A stretch of DNA of 64,000 nt from an uncultured Candidatus Micrarchaeota archaeon (GCA_963800555.1 CAWDBH010000010.1:104603-168602), one strand, 5' to 3'. Numbered from the stretch's first letter, positions 18,412-28,696 are shown. Notes: generated by a model from the sequence alone, not told the origin. Made by a program: numbers and translations.

Positions 18412-19434
18412 TCAGAACATCTTCGCGAATTCATGCTTCTTCCTGGTCTTCCAGGCACCCTTATGGTAAGCGTAGCTCGCGATGAGCGGCAGGACCGATG
18501 TCGCCTCAGCGTACACCATCTGCTCGTATGTGGTGTCCACCTTGCCCCATGAAGAGGCTTCTTTCAATGTGGAGATCGAGCAGGCGCCGTCGCGGACATC
18601 CGCCACGGTTATCTGGATCGCGTATTTGTGCATCGGTACCTCTTTTCCGAGGACCTCGGCGCAAACGACGGTATCCTGCGCGAAATTCTTGGGTACGCCA
18701 CCACCTATCATCAGGAGACCACTGGTGGGGGATTCCATCTTTATTTTTGTTACTTCGTAGAAGTCCCTGACAGAATCTATCGAGACATGCTTGTCCGGAT
18801 GCTTGTGCTGGTGGAGCACCAGGCCGAAACCTGCGCTCGAGTCCGAGAACGCGGGGCAGAATATCGGCACGTTGTTCTCATATGCGGCCTGCACGAGCGA
18901 ATCCTTCTTCTTCGAGTTCTTTGTGAGCCAGCGGCCCATCTCCTTGATGAATTCCCGGGATGAGTATGGCCTAGGTTCGAGCGTATCAGCAATCTTCGTG
19001 ATAGTCTTGTCGCATTCCTGGAGCTGCTCTTCGTCGATGAAGGTATCATATATCCTGTCGATGTATCTGTCTCGCAGCTCGTGGTCGTTGACATACGGTG
19101 TGCCTTTGTAGTGCTTGAAGCCCAGCGCCTCGAAGAAATCCATGTCCACTATGCTCGCTCCTGTAGCTACGATGGCATCGACCATGTTGTTCTTGACGAG
19201 GTCAGTGTAAAGGTTCATGCACCCGCCTGCGCTGGTGCTCCCTGCGAGCGTGAGGATGATCGCGCAATCTTTCTCGCGCAGCATCATGTCGTATATGTCC
19301 GCGGCCCGCCCGAGGTCACGGGAGGTGAAGGACATCCTCTTCATCGCTTCGACGATATCTATCGTGTTTATCTTCTTGATGTCAATATGCTCTACCTGTG
19401 TTTTCAGATAATCCTTCTTCTCCAAAACAATCAC
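18412..19434 (-). CDS. dys: Deoxyhypusine synthase
   Basis: Full-length match to the DHS pattern (TLAGSTSAGG, GGGVPKNF, WGK near the C-terminus). Confidence 0.92.
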   Translation of the reverse strand: MIVLEKKDYLKTQVEHIDIKKINTIDIVEAMKRMSFTSRDLGRAADIYDMMLREKDCAIILTLAGSTSAGGCMNLYTDLVKNNMVDAIVATGASIVDMDFFEALGFKHYKGTPYVNDHELRDRYIDRIYDTFIDEEQLQECDKTITKIADTLEPRPYSSREFIKEMGRWLTKNSKKKDSLVQAAYENNVPIFCPAFSDSSAGFGLVLHQHKHPDKHVSIDSVRDFYEVTKIKMESPTSGLLMIGGGVPKNFAQDTVVCAEVLGKEVPMHKYAIQITVADVRDGACSISTLKEASSWGKVDTTYEQMVYAEATSVLPLIASYAYHKGAWKTRKKHEFAKMF

Positions 19435-19510
19435 CCGTTCCTCTTTTTGTAAAAAATAATATACTAGGATATTTTTTATCCCCTCCTTTAAGCAGGATAA
19501 AATTTTTATT

Positions 19511-19960
19511 CTAGATGAAACTCAACGCCAAACGCTTCGCTTTCGGCACCATGTTCTTGAGCGTCGTCCCTTTCAGGAGGGCGCAGCCAAGGTTATAATC
19601 GAGATACCTCACGAGCACATATCCATCCGATATGCCATCAATCTCGGTTTTCGATAGGATCATATCTGTCCCCATGACGAATTTCTTCGTCTGCTCTTTT
19701 GTAAGCGAGATGATGTTTTTCTCTACTTGTTTCCCGAATAGTTGGAAAAGGTTAGTGGAAGGTTTTATTGCGCTATCCGCTCGCGCGATCAATAGCCCAG
19801 GAGACACGATTCTGAGGTTGGGAGGCACCTTCGCTGGACCCAGATAAAGGCGACCTTTGGGGCCTAGATAGATTGAATAACCGTCGAAAATTGTTCTTGG
19901 AAGTCCGAAACGCTCTTCGAAATATTTGAGGGTGTTCTCTTTCACATCCGAAGCGTTCAT
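19511..19960 (-). CDS. Stand-alone RsmF/NSUN C-terminal PUA-like RNA-binding domain protein
   Basis: DGYVLVRYLDYNLGCALLKGTTLKNMVPKAKR resembles the methyltransferase-associated PUA-like domain. Start moved to MNASDV (ATG 19960); the track ORF extends into the upstream gene. Confidence 0.6.
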   Translation of the reverse strand: MNASDVKENTLKYFEERFGLPRTIFDGYSIYLGPKGRLYLGPAKVPPNLRIVSPGLLIARADSAIKPSTNLFQLFGKQVEKNIISLTKEQTKKFVMGTDMILSKTEIDGISDGYVLVRYLDYNLGCALLKGTTLKNMVPKAKRLALSFI

Positions 19961-20046
19961 CTGGGCGTCTTTATCCGGTCGATGGCCTCTGTCTTGAGAC
20001 CTGTTTTCAAGCCCTTCTCTTCGCAAGTGCATCCTCCCCTGTCGGT

Positions 20047-20955
20047 TCATTTCCTCACCTTCGCTAAAAAGAACCCGCCCGTATCGTTGTGGTGCGGCCA
20101 TACCCGGACGCATGATGAGACGCGAGGATCGAATTCCTTACCATCATATCCGGTGATGCCGTCGCAGGTCTTGAAGCCTTCGACGCTAACCCTCTCCAAT
20201 GAAGACCCTTCTCGGTTCTTCAGGAGGTGATCCACCACCAGCTCGTTTTCCTCTGGTGCGAACGTGCATGTGGAGTACACCATCACTCCGCCAGGCTTGA
20301 GAAGATCGTATGCCTTGAGGATGAGGACGCGCTGGTTGCCGGAGTAGGATGACACCGCCCTTGGGGACCAGCTGTCGAAGATATGGTCATGCTTGCGTAT
20401 GGTCCCTTCCGCGCTGCAGGGCGCATCCAGGATAACGACATCATATGATTGGTCCGGCAGATGCTGGAGATCGTAGTTCGTGATTATCGTATTGATGACA
20501 CCTGATTTCTCCAGATTGAACTTCAACGCGCGTATACGATCATAATCCAGATCATTCGCGATTATGGTGCCTTTGTTCCGCATGATAGCAGCCATTTGCG
20601 TAGTCTTGGACCCTGGTGCTGCGCATCCGTCGAGCACGATCCTGGCTTCCTCGAGCTTCTCCTTCACGATTACGGGGGGTAGCATGGAAGCGACCTCTTG
20701 GATGTATATCATGCCAGTAAAATGCTCCAACGTCGCTCCTATCCCCAGCGAATCGCTCACGAACGCATCAGAGCACCATCCCATCTGCCTGAGCCCGAAC
20801 CCATAGCTCTCCATGCGGGTTTTCACATCCTGGGCTGAAGCCTTCAGGGTGTTCACGCGAAATGATTTGGGCAGCGGCCGCTCGAGCGCTGCAAGAAAAG
20901 CGTCCGGATCGTCAACCAATTTGAGGTAACGATCCTTGAAAGGTTCTGGTATCAT
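20047..20955 (-). CDS. NOL1/NOP2/Sun family RNA cytosine-C5 methyltransferase
   Basis: VLDGCAAPGSKT SAM motif, DAPCS and TCT catalytic cysteine motifs. Confidence 0.9.
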   Translation of the reverse strand: MIPEPFKDRYLKLVDDPDAFLAALERPLPKSFRVNTLKASAQDVKTRMESYGFGLRQMGWCSDAFVSDSLGIGATLEHFTGMIYIQEVASMLPPVIVKEKLEEARIVLDGCAAPGSKTTQMAAIMRNKGTIIANDLDYDRIRALKFNLEKSGVINTIITNYDLQHLPDQSYDVVILDAPCSAEGTIRKHDHIFDSWSPRAVSSYSGNQRVLILKAYDLLKPGGVMVYSTCTFAPEENELVVDHLLKNREGSSLERVSVEGFKTCDGITGYDGKEFDPRVSSCVRVWPHHNDTGGFFLAKVRK

Positions 20956-20981
20956 TGCATGCTTGATGAAGGGGAAACGAT

Positions 20982-21512
20982 TTAACGGGTGGCCTTGGTC
21001 ATGACGAAACCTTGCCGCACGATGAACTTCTCTTTCATGTGGCTGAAAATTGCTTCCATGTCCTTCCTGCGTGATTCCGGCGCATTGTAGGAGATCGAGA
21101 AAACGACATTCCCTGTGTAGAACATCACCCCGCCTCCGAAATATGCCTTCCCCCCTGACTTGTATGTGAATTCCCGGGTGTAAGCCGGCAAACCATTGAA
21201 TTCGCTCTTTCGCGCCTTGGTATATATCCCAGAACTCGGGCCTTCGAGCTCGCGTTTTGCGTATTCGTTGAACTTGAATCCTTGGGGGAGATTCGCGTCC
21301 ACCGCCACGGTGAAGGTGCTTTGAGAATCGTGAGAGCAGAAGGATATGGTATACCTGGCGTCTTCTACCGCGATATCATGGTCGAAGTCCCAGCCCCTGG
21401 GGTAGACCAGTTCGAAATTGCCCGAAGAATCCATGAACCCGAGGAAATAAACCTGCTTTTTCTTGATGCCGAGCAAGTCCTTCAAGGAACTTATAAGTTC
21501 ATCGCTCCGCAA
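20982..21512 (-). CDS. Hypothetical protein (176 aa), PsbP/DUF1795-like pattern
   Basis: ORF in an operon position, overlapping the upstream methyltransferase gene end. Confidence 0.5.
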   Translation of the reverse strand: MRSDELISSLKDLLGIKKKQVYFLGFMDSSGNFELVYPRGWDFDHDIAVEDARYTISFCSHDSQSTFTVAVDANLPQGFKFNEYAKRELEGPSSGIYTKARKSEFNGLPAYTREFTYKSGGKAYFGGGVMFYTGNVVFSISYNAPESRRKDMEAIFSHMKEKFIVRQGFVMTKATR

Positions 21513-22248
21513 TCCACACTACCTCCGGGCAATCCTCCTTGGATTTTGAATAGTCGAAACCGCAGTATCTCTTTATGTTTTTGAGGCCGTGGCCAGCTAA
21601 GATCTTTTCCAAATCGTCATATCCGATGAAGAACTGCTCCATGGAATATTCATGCGAATTACCTGGCTCATCCGGGAATTGCAGGTCTATCCTATAGCGG
21701 CCGGAATCGGTTTTAGGGAAATACTGGAAGTACCATCCGATATTGTACTTTCTGCCGTCATTGGCGGTGCACTCCTCGTAATCTACCATATGAGGACCAC
21801 CAGTCATCCGGAGATACTCTTTGACGGGGCTATGCATGTGGAGGATCAATTTGCCTCCTTCGGCTAGATGCGATACGGTATTGCGGATGGCTTTCTTTTT
21901 ATCATCGTTCGGGAGGAGCAGGATGCTGCTGTAAGGGAGGATGATAAGCTTGAACTTCCGGCCCAGATGGAAATCACGCATGTCAGATAATATCACGTCG
22001 GGATCGAGGTTCCTCTCATTGGCCTTGCGTTTCAGAACCTCCAGCATATGCTGCGATGAATCGATGCCGGTCGCCTTGATCCCTGCGGAGAGGAGAATGA
22101 GCAGGATCCTTCCTGTCCCGCAGGCGACTTCCAGGACCGGTCCGTTCGCCTCCCTCGCTTCACGGAGGTAGAACTCGGCATCATAGGTTTCCGAGTAGAT
22201 GTAATCGTACTGCCCTGCCATATCATCGAAGATTCGCATCATTTGCAT
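21499..22248 (-). CDS. Class I SAM-dependent methyltransferase
   Basis: VLEVACGTGRILL motif I. Confidence 0.85.
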   Translation of the reverse strand: MQMMRIFDDMAGQYDYIYSETYDAEFYLREAREANGPVLEVACGTGRILLILLSAGIKATGIDSSQHMLEVLKRKANERNLDPDVILSDMRDFHLGRKFKLIILPYSSILLLPNDDKKKAIRNTVSHLAEGGKLILHMHSPVKEYLRMTGGPHMVDYEECTANDGRKYNIGWYFQYFPKTDSGRYRIDLQFPDEPGNSHEYSMEQFFIGYDDLEKILAGHGLKNIKRYCGFDYSKSKEDCPEVVWIAER

Positions 22249-22282
22249 CGCGTAACGAAACTAAATAAATGCTTATGGGGGA

Positions 22283-23338
22283 ATGCTGATTGTGTACCTC
22301 CACATAGATATGGACTATTTCTTCGCTCAGATTGAGGAGAAGCGCCATCCAATGTCGAAGGGGAAGATCATCATTGTCTGCGTCTATAGCGGTAGGACCC
22401 CGGATTCCGGGGTCGTAAGCACGGTGAACTATGACGGCAGGCGCCTCGGCATCCACTCCGGCATGCCGATAATGCAGGCCAAGAGGCTGGCGCCACCTGC
22501 GGATACAGTCTTCATCCCGGTGGATAAGGAATATTACTCCCAGATATCCGGATACATCGACGCTGTCATACGTTCCTACTGCAAGAAGGTCGTCCAAGCG
22601 AGCATCGATGAATGGAATGCGGAGGATGACAACGCCGCCGGGATTGCGATAACCATCAAGGATGCGATAAAGAAGGAGACTGGTCTCGTATGCAGCATCG
22701 GTGTGTCGCCATCCCTCCTAGGAGCGAAGATGGCCGCATCAAAATCCAAACCAGATGGATTGCTCGTCCTAGATAGGGATAAAGAAGTCGATATGATCAG
22801 CGGTTCCGATGTAGAGAAGGTGCCGGGCATCGGCGCGAAAACGGCCGAAGCCATCCACGCTCTCGGAGCCACTTGGGTCAAGGATATCGCGAAGATTTCC
22901 CCACTAGTCCTGGTCGAGACCTTCGGCAGGAAAACTGGCGCATGGCTAAATGGCCTAGGGAAAGGGGATTACGATGGTGGTCTGGGCGAGGAGAAAGAGC
23001 AGGTCGAGGTGAGCCGGATAGGCACCCTCAAGGAGAAGACCCGGGACCCGTACATGATCCTGGGGAAACTGGACGAACTGGAGAGCGAAGCAAAGGAATG
23101 GCTCATGGGAATGAAGAAATCGTACAAGACGATCGGCATCATATTCGTGACCGAGAACCTGAAGACCCACACGAAATCCTTATCCTTCAAGAACCCGAAG
23201 GGGTGGAACGAGGATATCTCAAAGGAGAAGAATGCATTAGTGGTTGAGTTCCTGGCTGAGAATCCGTTGGATATACGCCGGGTCGGTATCCGGTTCGGCA
23301 ACTTCATGGATTTAGGCGGCCAGACGACGCTATTCTGA
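22283..23338 (+). CDS. dinB: Y-family DNA polymerase IV (Dbh/Dpo4-like)
   Basis: HIDMDYFFAQIE N-terminus, SIDE motif, little-finger-length C-terminus. Confidence 0.9.
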   Translation: MLIVYLHIDMDYFFAQIEEKRHPMSKGKIIIVCVYSGRTPDSGVVSTVNYDGRRLGIHSGMPIMQAKRLAPPADTVFIPVDKEYYSQISGYIDAVIRSYCKKVVQASIDEWNAEDDNAAGIAITIKDAIKKETGLVCSIGVSPSLLGAKMAASKSKPDGLLVLDRDKEVDMISGSDVEKVPGIGAKTAEAIHALGATWVKDIAKISPLVLVETFGRKTGAWLNGLGKGDYDGGLGEEKEQVEVSRIGTLKEKTRDPYMILGKLDELESEAKEWLMGMKKSYKTIGIIFVTENLKTHTKSLSFKNPKGWNEDISKEKNALVVEFLAENPLDIRRVGIRFGNFMDLGGQTTLF

Positions 23339-23417
23339 ATTTGTGTATTTAAGTGGTTTAAAGGGAAGCATTATAATTAGTGCGAGCGATAATTAAAACT
23401 GAGATTATGGTGGCTTC

Positions 23418-23792
23418 ATGAAAACCTCGGCATGCAAAATCGTCGCCGTATCCCTGGCCGTGTCAAGCCTATACGGGTTCGGCTGCAAGAAACCTGAACC
23501 TGAAAGGGTCTGCCACGAAAAAACAGGCCAGACAGTAGTCTGTCCGGCTGCAATCGATCGATTCAAGGAGGGGATGGGTTGCGTTCTCCCGGATAAATCG
23601 CTTATGGGGTTCAGAGGGAAAATCGACCATCCGGATAGATATGGCCTGTCGCGCATCAAGGTGACCGAGGCCAAGGACTCCTTCGATCTATTCGAGGTCG
23701 AACTCGAGACACCTGCGGGGCTGAAAGGTTCGGCTATAGCGTTTAGATGCCAGAGCCCGATGGAAGCTATGGCACCTCTTTGGCGATATTGA
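23418..23792 (+). CDS. Putative lipoprotein, function unknown
   Basis: Signal peptide ending in the lipobox-like LYGFGC. Confidence 0.55.
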   Translation: MKTSACKIVAVSLAVSSLYGFGCKKPEPERVCHEKTGQTVVCPAAIDRFKEGMGCVLPDKSLMGFRGKIDHPDRYGLSRIKVTEAKDSFDLFEVELETPAGLKGSAIAFRCQSPMEAMAPLWRY

Positions 23793-23952
23793 ACTTGCCG
23801 TTGACGATCCAGGTTTCCCTCCAAGTGAGGCTCGATACCTGCTTATCATGTGCTTTTTTTTGTCTAAATATGCTCAAAAACATAGCTTTAAATACTGTTT
23901 ATGCCATCAATAATAACATATACTACCTCCAGCGGGAGGTAGGAGGGATAAA

Positions 23953-24084
23953 ATGATTGGAACCATAAACAGCTTCGTCACGAAAGTCGTAGATAAGGTG
24001 AGCGGTCCGCTCCACACATGGGGAAGGATGCCCGTGAAGAGGGTCGTCTCAAGGAAATCGAAGAAAGTCTCAAAGCGCAAGTGA
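23953..24084 (+). CDS. Possible small basic protein (43 aa)
   Basis: My translation: MIGTINSFVTKVVDKVSGPLHTWGRMPVKRVVSRKSKKVSKRK. Preceded by GGAGGTAGGAGGG; overlaps the dphB 3' end convergently. Confidence 0.3.
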   Translation: MIGTINSFVTKVVDKVSGPLHTWGRMPVKRVVSRKSKKVSKRK

Positions 24085-24780
24085 TTCCAGGTATTCCGCT
24101 TCGACGGGATGGAGTTTCGCCGGCACGATGACCGTGAACGGCGGTTTCCCCAACCGCGCTTTCTCCAGATCCTTTATTTTTCCATAGGTTATTTTCTCAT
24201 CCTCGTGCCCTACTCTTGATAGTATAATCGCCGAATCGAACTCCGAGAGCATGCCTAGAGCCGATTTTGCCTCCATCGGCTGCGGTTCTGTATCCAGCAG
24301 GACCAGCGTGTGCAGGTTCCGGGCTAGATTCTCACGGATCACATCCAAGGACGAGGTGGGCTTGTAGTTCGGCCTCGGGTTTACCAGGCTCGCGGTCTTT
24401 CCGAACCTGTACATCTGCAGCCCGGCTCTTCCAGGTGCCACCGAATGAATCGAAGAATTGTGTATCACGTGCACCGGGATGCCCCGTTTCTTCGCCTCTA
24501 TAACGAGCGTAATGTGCGTTGTGGCTGTCAAAGGATCACCTGAAGCCAAGATGCAGACATCCGCGGATTCCGCCTTATCGACCAGGTAGGAGCTTTCCAG
24601 GAGGCTCCTGTCTAAGAGTACGATGCTTTTCCCGACAATCGCACCGAGTTCCTGGATCATTTCATCAGAGATGGGATTGGTGTATGTCTCGATGTACGCT
24701 TCCTTGCATCTTTTTAGCGCTTCGACACCGCCAAGGGTGACATCGAATGCCACTCCGGTTCCGATAAGGAATAGGGCCAT
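24070..24780 (-). CDS. dphB: Diphthine synthase
   Basis: MALFLIGTG...YIETYT and the SGDPLTATTH tetrapyrrole-methylase-fold motifs. Confidence 0.92.
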   Translation of the reverse strand: MALFLIGTGVAFDVTLGGVEALKRCKEAYIETYTNPISDEMIQELGAIVGKSIVLLDRSLLESSYLVDKAESADVCILASGDPLTATTHITLVIEAKKRGIPVHVIHNSSIHSVAPGRAGLQMYRFGKTASLVNPRPNYKPTSSLDVIRENLARNLHTLVLLDTEPQPMEAKSALGMLSEFDSAIILSRVGHEDEKITYGKIKDLEKARLGKPPFTVIVPAKLHPVEAEYLESLAL

Positions 24781-24938
24781 ACCTTACATGATTTGGCGAA
24801 CATTTAAAAATTGGATTCGACAGAGAAATTACAAGAACCTCAGCTTTAGTCATAGCTGGGATTGCAATCCTTTCTTCAGTGAAAGGATACGCTATGGGTC
24901 TAATATAACCATCCCCCTACCCATAGCGTTCTCCTATT

Positions 24939-25403
24939 TCATGAAAAATCAGAGACGTCCGCCTTGCTTATCCCGATCTTTATGCCATGGTCGTCAGAGA
25001 ACCCCTCATTGACTTCGAGGACATATTGCGCCTCCGCGGCCGGTGTGTACACCCTGCATTTGGTGATATTGATGCCGCAGGGCTGCATCTGGATGATGTC
25101 GACTACGGTGCCTTTCGAATCCATATAAATCGCATCGAGCGGGATGGTGGTGTTCAGCATCCAGAACGGGTATATGTCTGATTTATTGAACACGAATAGC
25201 ATGCCATACCCATCCCCGAGTTCGCTCCTGCCCATCAGGCCTTTAGCTCTTGTAACCGGGTTATCCGCCACTTCGACCGCGACCGAAATGTCCGGGGAAC
25301 TGAAAGTCAACCTCTGCTCCTTGCCTTTCGCTTGCACGAAATATATCGCGAACAGAACAACCACTATGAAGAAAACGATGATTACGATCTCGATCTCTTT
25401 CAT
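24939..25403 (-). CDS. DUF192 domain protein with N-terminal membrane anchor
   Basis: RAKGLMGR...GMLFVF...FWMLNTTIPLD pattern. Confidence 0.8.
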   Translation of the reverse strand: MKEIEIVIIVFFIVVVLFAIYFVQAKGKEQRLTFSSPDISVAVEVADNPVTRAKGLMGRSELGDGYGMLFVFNKSDIYPFWMLNTTIPLDAIYMDSKGTVVDIIQMQPCGINITKCRVYTPAAEAQYVLEVNEGFSDDHGIKIGISKADVSDFS

Positions 25404-26524
25404 GCAGCCACCTTAGAGTCTTCGAGAACCTGCTCTTGAACTTCTCCTGGAGTTTCGGTAGGTTCGTGTATTCGAGTATCCTCTTCGGGGAGGCGGTGGG
25501 GCTCGAATGGGCCGTGCCTCCGCATGTATTCCGCGATCTCGTTCGCCTGCTTCCGGGTGTAATCGTAAGAGACATCCCTGAATATGTCCTCTGGTCCGAT
25601 GAGCATCCCGTTGGCGAGCTGGAAACCTAGCGCCACCACGCGCGGAGGGCCGTCTAGGCGGGTCGGTATGGCCTGAGGCATGGCGCAGGGCATCATCGGT
25701 CCCTGGTGGGATCCTCTCATCCATCCTGAGACCAGATGCGGGAAGCTGAACGGCTCGAGGACCTCCCCCACGGAGGGCAGACCCGCCTGGCAGCGGACTA
25801 TCGCGACAGGGTCGTCTTTTCCTACGTAAGTCCCCGCAACCTGGGAGAGCTTGTCTGTGGATACGCAGCAGACCGCCTCCTTCTCGCTCACCTTGTTCCC
25901 AGGCCCAGGGTAAATGCGTTTGATCACATACCTGGACCGCGAGCCTATGAACGCGAGCATGGAATACATCTCCTCGGGCGTCTTGAAAATGATCTTCCTC
26001 CCTTCGATGGTGTCGTAGACCTCGAAATGGAAGCCCCCCACCATGTTAGGATCGATGACGAGGCCCGGCGTGTTGAACGGGTCCGCGAACATCCTATAGA
26101 CCGGCAGGTTGAACGCACCCGGGTCCGTCTTGTCCATCATGAACACGAGCACTGGCTCGCTCGTCCTTTCCTCGAATTCCAGTTCTGCCACGCCAGGGCC
26201 CATGCCACGGATGTTACCCGAGAAGGCATCCTTGAGCAGGTCCTGTCCTGCCCCATAGAGCTTGAGCTTCTTGGCGACGACCGTCCCTGCTGTGAAGGCG
26301 TCCCACGCGAGCTGGTGGATATCCTTGCTGTCCACGCCCTTCTGGTGCGTCATAATGATGCTGATGTCGTCTCCGCACCAACCGATGTAATAATCGATGA
26401 GCAATCCTTTCTTCTTGGCTTCAGCGACTTTGGATTTCACTTCCGCGACCACATCCTGATGGACAGTCTGATGGCCAGGGATGCCTCCGATATCCGCCTT
26501 GATTACACTGAGCGTCATTTTCAT
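25400..26524 (-). CDS. fbp: Bifunctional fructose-1,6-bisphosphate aldolase/phosphatase (class V FBPase)
   Basis: MKMTLSVIKADIGG N-terminus and full-length family pattern. Start placed at MKM (26524). Confidence 0.93.
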   Translation of the reverse strand: MKMTLSVIKADIGGIPGHQTVHQDVVAEVKSKVAEAKKKGLLIDYYIGWCGDDISIIMTHQKGVDSKDIHQLAWDAFTAGTVVAKKLKLYGAGQDLLKDAFSGNIRGMGPGVAELEFEERTSEPVLVFMMDKTDPGAFNLPVYRMFADPFNTPGLVIDPNMVGGFHFEVYDTIEGRKIIFKTPEEMYSMLAFIGSRSRYVIKRIYPGPGNKVSEKEAVCCVSTDKLSQVAGTYVGKDDPVAIVRCQAGLPSVGEVLEPFSFPHLVSGWMRGSHQGPMMPCAMPQAIPTRLDGPPRVVALGFQLANGMLIGPEDIFRDVSYDYTRKQANEIAEYMRRHGPFEPHRLPEEDTRIHEPTETPGEVQEQVLEDSKVAA

Positions 26525-26587
26525 GGATACACCTTCGCACATATTATTGATTAGAATCTTAGACAGAGAATAAAAATATAGCGGAAA

Positions 26588-28696
26588 TCAAGCCTTGGCT
26601 TCCGCGACCTGGAGCCGGGTCACCTTGTCCTCTTCGATTCCCTTCGTCTTCGCGATCTTGCCTATATGGAGAACCTGCTCGCTCCTCGAGCTGTCGCGAT
26701 AGATCGTGATGCCCTTGCAACCGAGCTTCCATGCCATGAGATAGACCTTCTCCACGTCCTCAACAGTGGCTTCCGCGGGCATGTTGATGGTCTTGCTCAC
26801 CGCGAGTTCGACGTTCTTCTGGAATGCGGCCTGCATCTTCACATGGGATTCGGATTGGATGTCGTGGGATACCCTGAAGACGTTCTTCACATCCTCCGGA
26901 ATGCCTTCCATATGCTGGATTGTCCCCTGCTCCATGACATTGTTTATCAGGTCCTCGCTGTACAATCCGCGGACCTTCAGCACCTGCTCGAAGATCGGGT
27001 CTAGATAGTAGTATTGCCCTGCACGGACGGTCTTGAGGAACGAGAGCGCGAAAACCGGCTCGATGCTGCTGCTAGTGTCCCCAATCATGGATATCGTCCC
27101 TGTCGGCGCGATGGATGTGCATGTCGCATTGCGCATGGAATCGTATTTGGCCGAGAGCGGGCTGTTCTTGAAGTTCGGGAACGAACCGCGCGCTCGGCCG
27201 AGCTCGTGGCTCATCTTCCGCGCTTCGTCGTTTATGAATTTCATGATCTGCTCTCCGACCTCGTAACCCTGGTCGGAATCATAGCGGATGCCCATCTTGA
27301 AGAGCATCTTCGCGAATCCCATTATGCCGAGGCCGATCCTCCGGTTCTTCATGGTCTGATCCCGGATCTGGGGTATCGGATACTTGTTCAGGTCTATAAC
27401 ATTGTCGAGGAACTGGAACGAGAGCCGGACTACGTATCTCAGCCGGTTCCAGTTGACCTTCTTCTTCCAGTCTGTCTTGCTCCAGTCCAGATCGACGAAT
27501 TTCGACATGTTGATGCTGCCGAGGTTGCAGGATTCGAAATCCGGCATCGGGACCTCTCCGCACGGATTGGTCGCGTGGATCGGATCATCCGGGGTCGGAT
27601 TCAGCCGATTAATGGTGTCTATGAAGAGCATGCCAGGCTCCGCGGATTTCCAGGCGCTGTACGCGATGAGCTTGAAGATGCTGCGTGCGCTCACCTTGCG
27701 CACGATGACGTTGTTCCTCGGGTTTATGAGATCGTATTCGCCGTTCTCCTCGACCGCCTGCATGAATTTGTCGTCCGCCATGACGCTGACGTTGAAATTC
27801 TCCATCACGCCAGGGGTCTGCTTCATGGTTATGAACTCCTCGATATCTGGGTGCCAGGTGTGCATCGTGGCCATGTTAGCCCCGCGGCGTTTCCCGCCCT
27901 GCTTTATGACGCTGGTGGCGTTGTCGAACGCGCTCATGAACGAGAGTGGGCCCGACGCGACCCCCGCCGTGCTCTTGACGTAATCGCCTTTGGGCCGCAG
28001 GTATGAGAAGCAGAATCCGGTTCCGCCCCCGGTCTTGTGGATTATGGCTTGGTATTTGACAGATTCGAAAATCTGCTCTATGTTGTCCTTGACCGGCAGG
28101 ATGAAGCATGCCGCTAGCTGGCCTAGATCGGTGCCCGCGTTCATCAAGGTCGGAGAGTTCGGAAGGAACTCGAAGTTCGTCATGATCTGGTAGAATGCGT
28201 CTTCGTAGCGCTTCACAGTCGCATCATCAGCACCATAAGCGGATTCGTTGGATGCGAGATAATGCGCGACCCTCCTGAAAAGCTGGCTCGGCGTCTCTAT
28301 GACCTTGCCGTTCTCATCCCTCATGAGATATCTGCGCTCGAGCACCTGCACGGAATTGATCGGCAGCTTCAGGTCATCTTCGACACCCATGGCGCGTTTT
28401 ATCTCGCGCTCCACGCTCTTCTTGTGCCTGTAGACTATGTATGCCTTGGCTGTCGTCGCATGGCCCGTCTCTATCAGAGCTTTCTCCACGACATCCTGGA
28501 CCTCTTCGACTCCAGGGACGTATTCGGGCTTGAACTTGTCATTGAGTATCTTGATCGCGAGGTCAGCTATACGGCCGGCCTCTTCATGATCGCTTCCGCC
28601 GACAGACTGCGCCGCCTTGAACACGGCTTCTACGACCTTGTCCCTGTTGAAATCGACTATCGACCCGTCCCGCTTCCTCACTTTTGTAATCGTCAT
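26588..28696 (-). CDS. nrdJ: Adenosylcobalamin-dependent (class II) ribonucleotide reductase with N-terminal ATP-cone
   Basis: ATP-cone VRKRDGSIVDF and catalytic NPCGE. Single-subunit length, with no radical-generating partner gene adjacent. Confidence 0.9.
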   Translation of the reverse strand: MTITKVRKRDGSIVDFNRDKVVEAVFKAAQSVGGSDHEEAGRIADLAIKILNDKFKPEYVPGVEEVQDVVEKALIETGHATTAKAYIVYRHKKSVEREIKRAMGVEDDLKLPINSVQVLERRYLMRDENGKVIETPSQLFRRVAHYLASNESAYGADDATVKRYEDAFYQIMTNFEFLPNSPTLMNAGTDLGQLAACFILPVKDNIEQIFESVKYQAIIHKTGGGTGFCFSYLRPKGDYVKSTAGVASGPLSFMSAFDNATSVIKQGGKRRGANMATMHTWHPDIEEFITMKQTPGVMENFNVSVMADDKFMQAVEENGEYDLINPRNNVIVRKVSARSIFKLIAYSAWKSAEPGMLFIDTINRLNPTPDDPIHATNPCGEVPMPDFESCNLGSINMSKFVDLDWSKTDWKKKVNWNRLRYVVRLSFQFLDNVIDLNKYPIPQIRDQTMKNRRIGLGIMGFAKMLFKMGIRYDSDQGYEVGEQIMKFINDEARKMSHELGRARGSFPNFKNSPLSAKYDSMRNATCTSIAPTGTISMIGDTSSSIEPVFALSFLKTVRAGQYYYLDPIFEQVLKVRGLYSEDLINNVMEQGTIQHMEGIPEDVKNVFRVSHDIQSESHVKMQAAFQKNVELAVSKTINMPAEATVEDVEKVYLMAWKLGCKGITIYRDSSRSEQVLHIGKIAKTKGIEEDKVTRLQVAEAKA

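Noticed and set aside
25736-26554. 272-aa plus-strand ORF
   Set aside because: Antisense shadow of the FBP aldolase/phosphatase gene.
27014-28006. 330-aa plus-strand ORF and several other 60-200-aa ORFs across 26666-28780
   Set aside because: They are antisense to the full-length, motif-rich class II ribonucleotide reductase. Their Arg/His/Asp-rich composition is typical of shadow frames.
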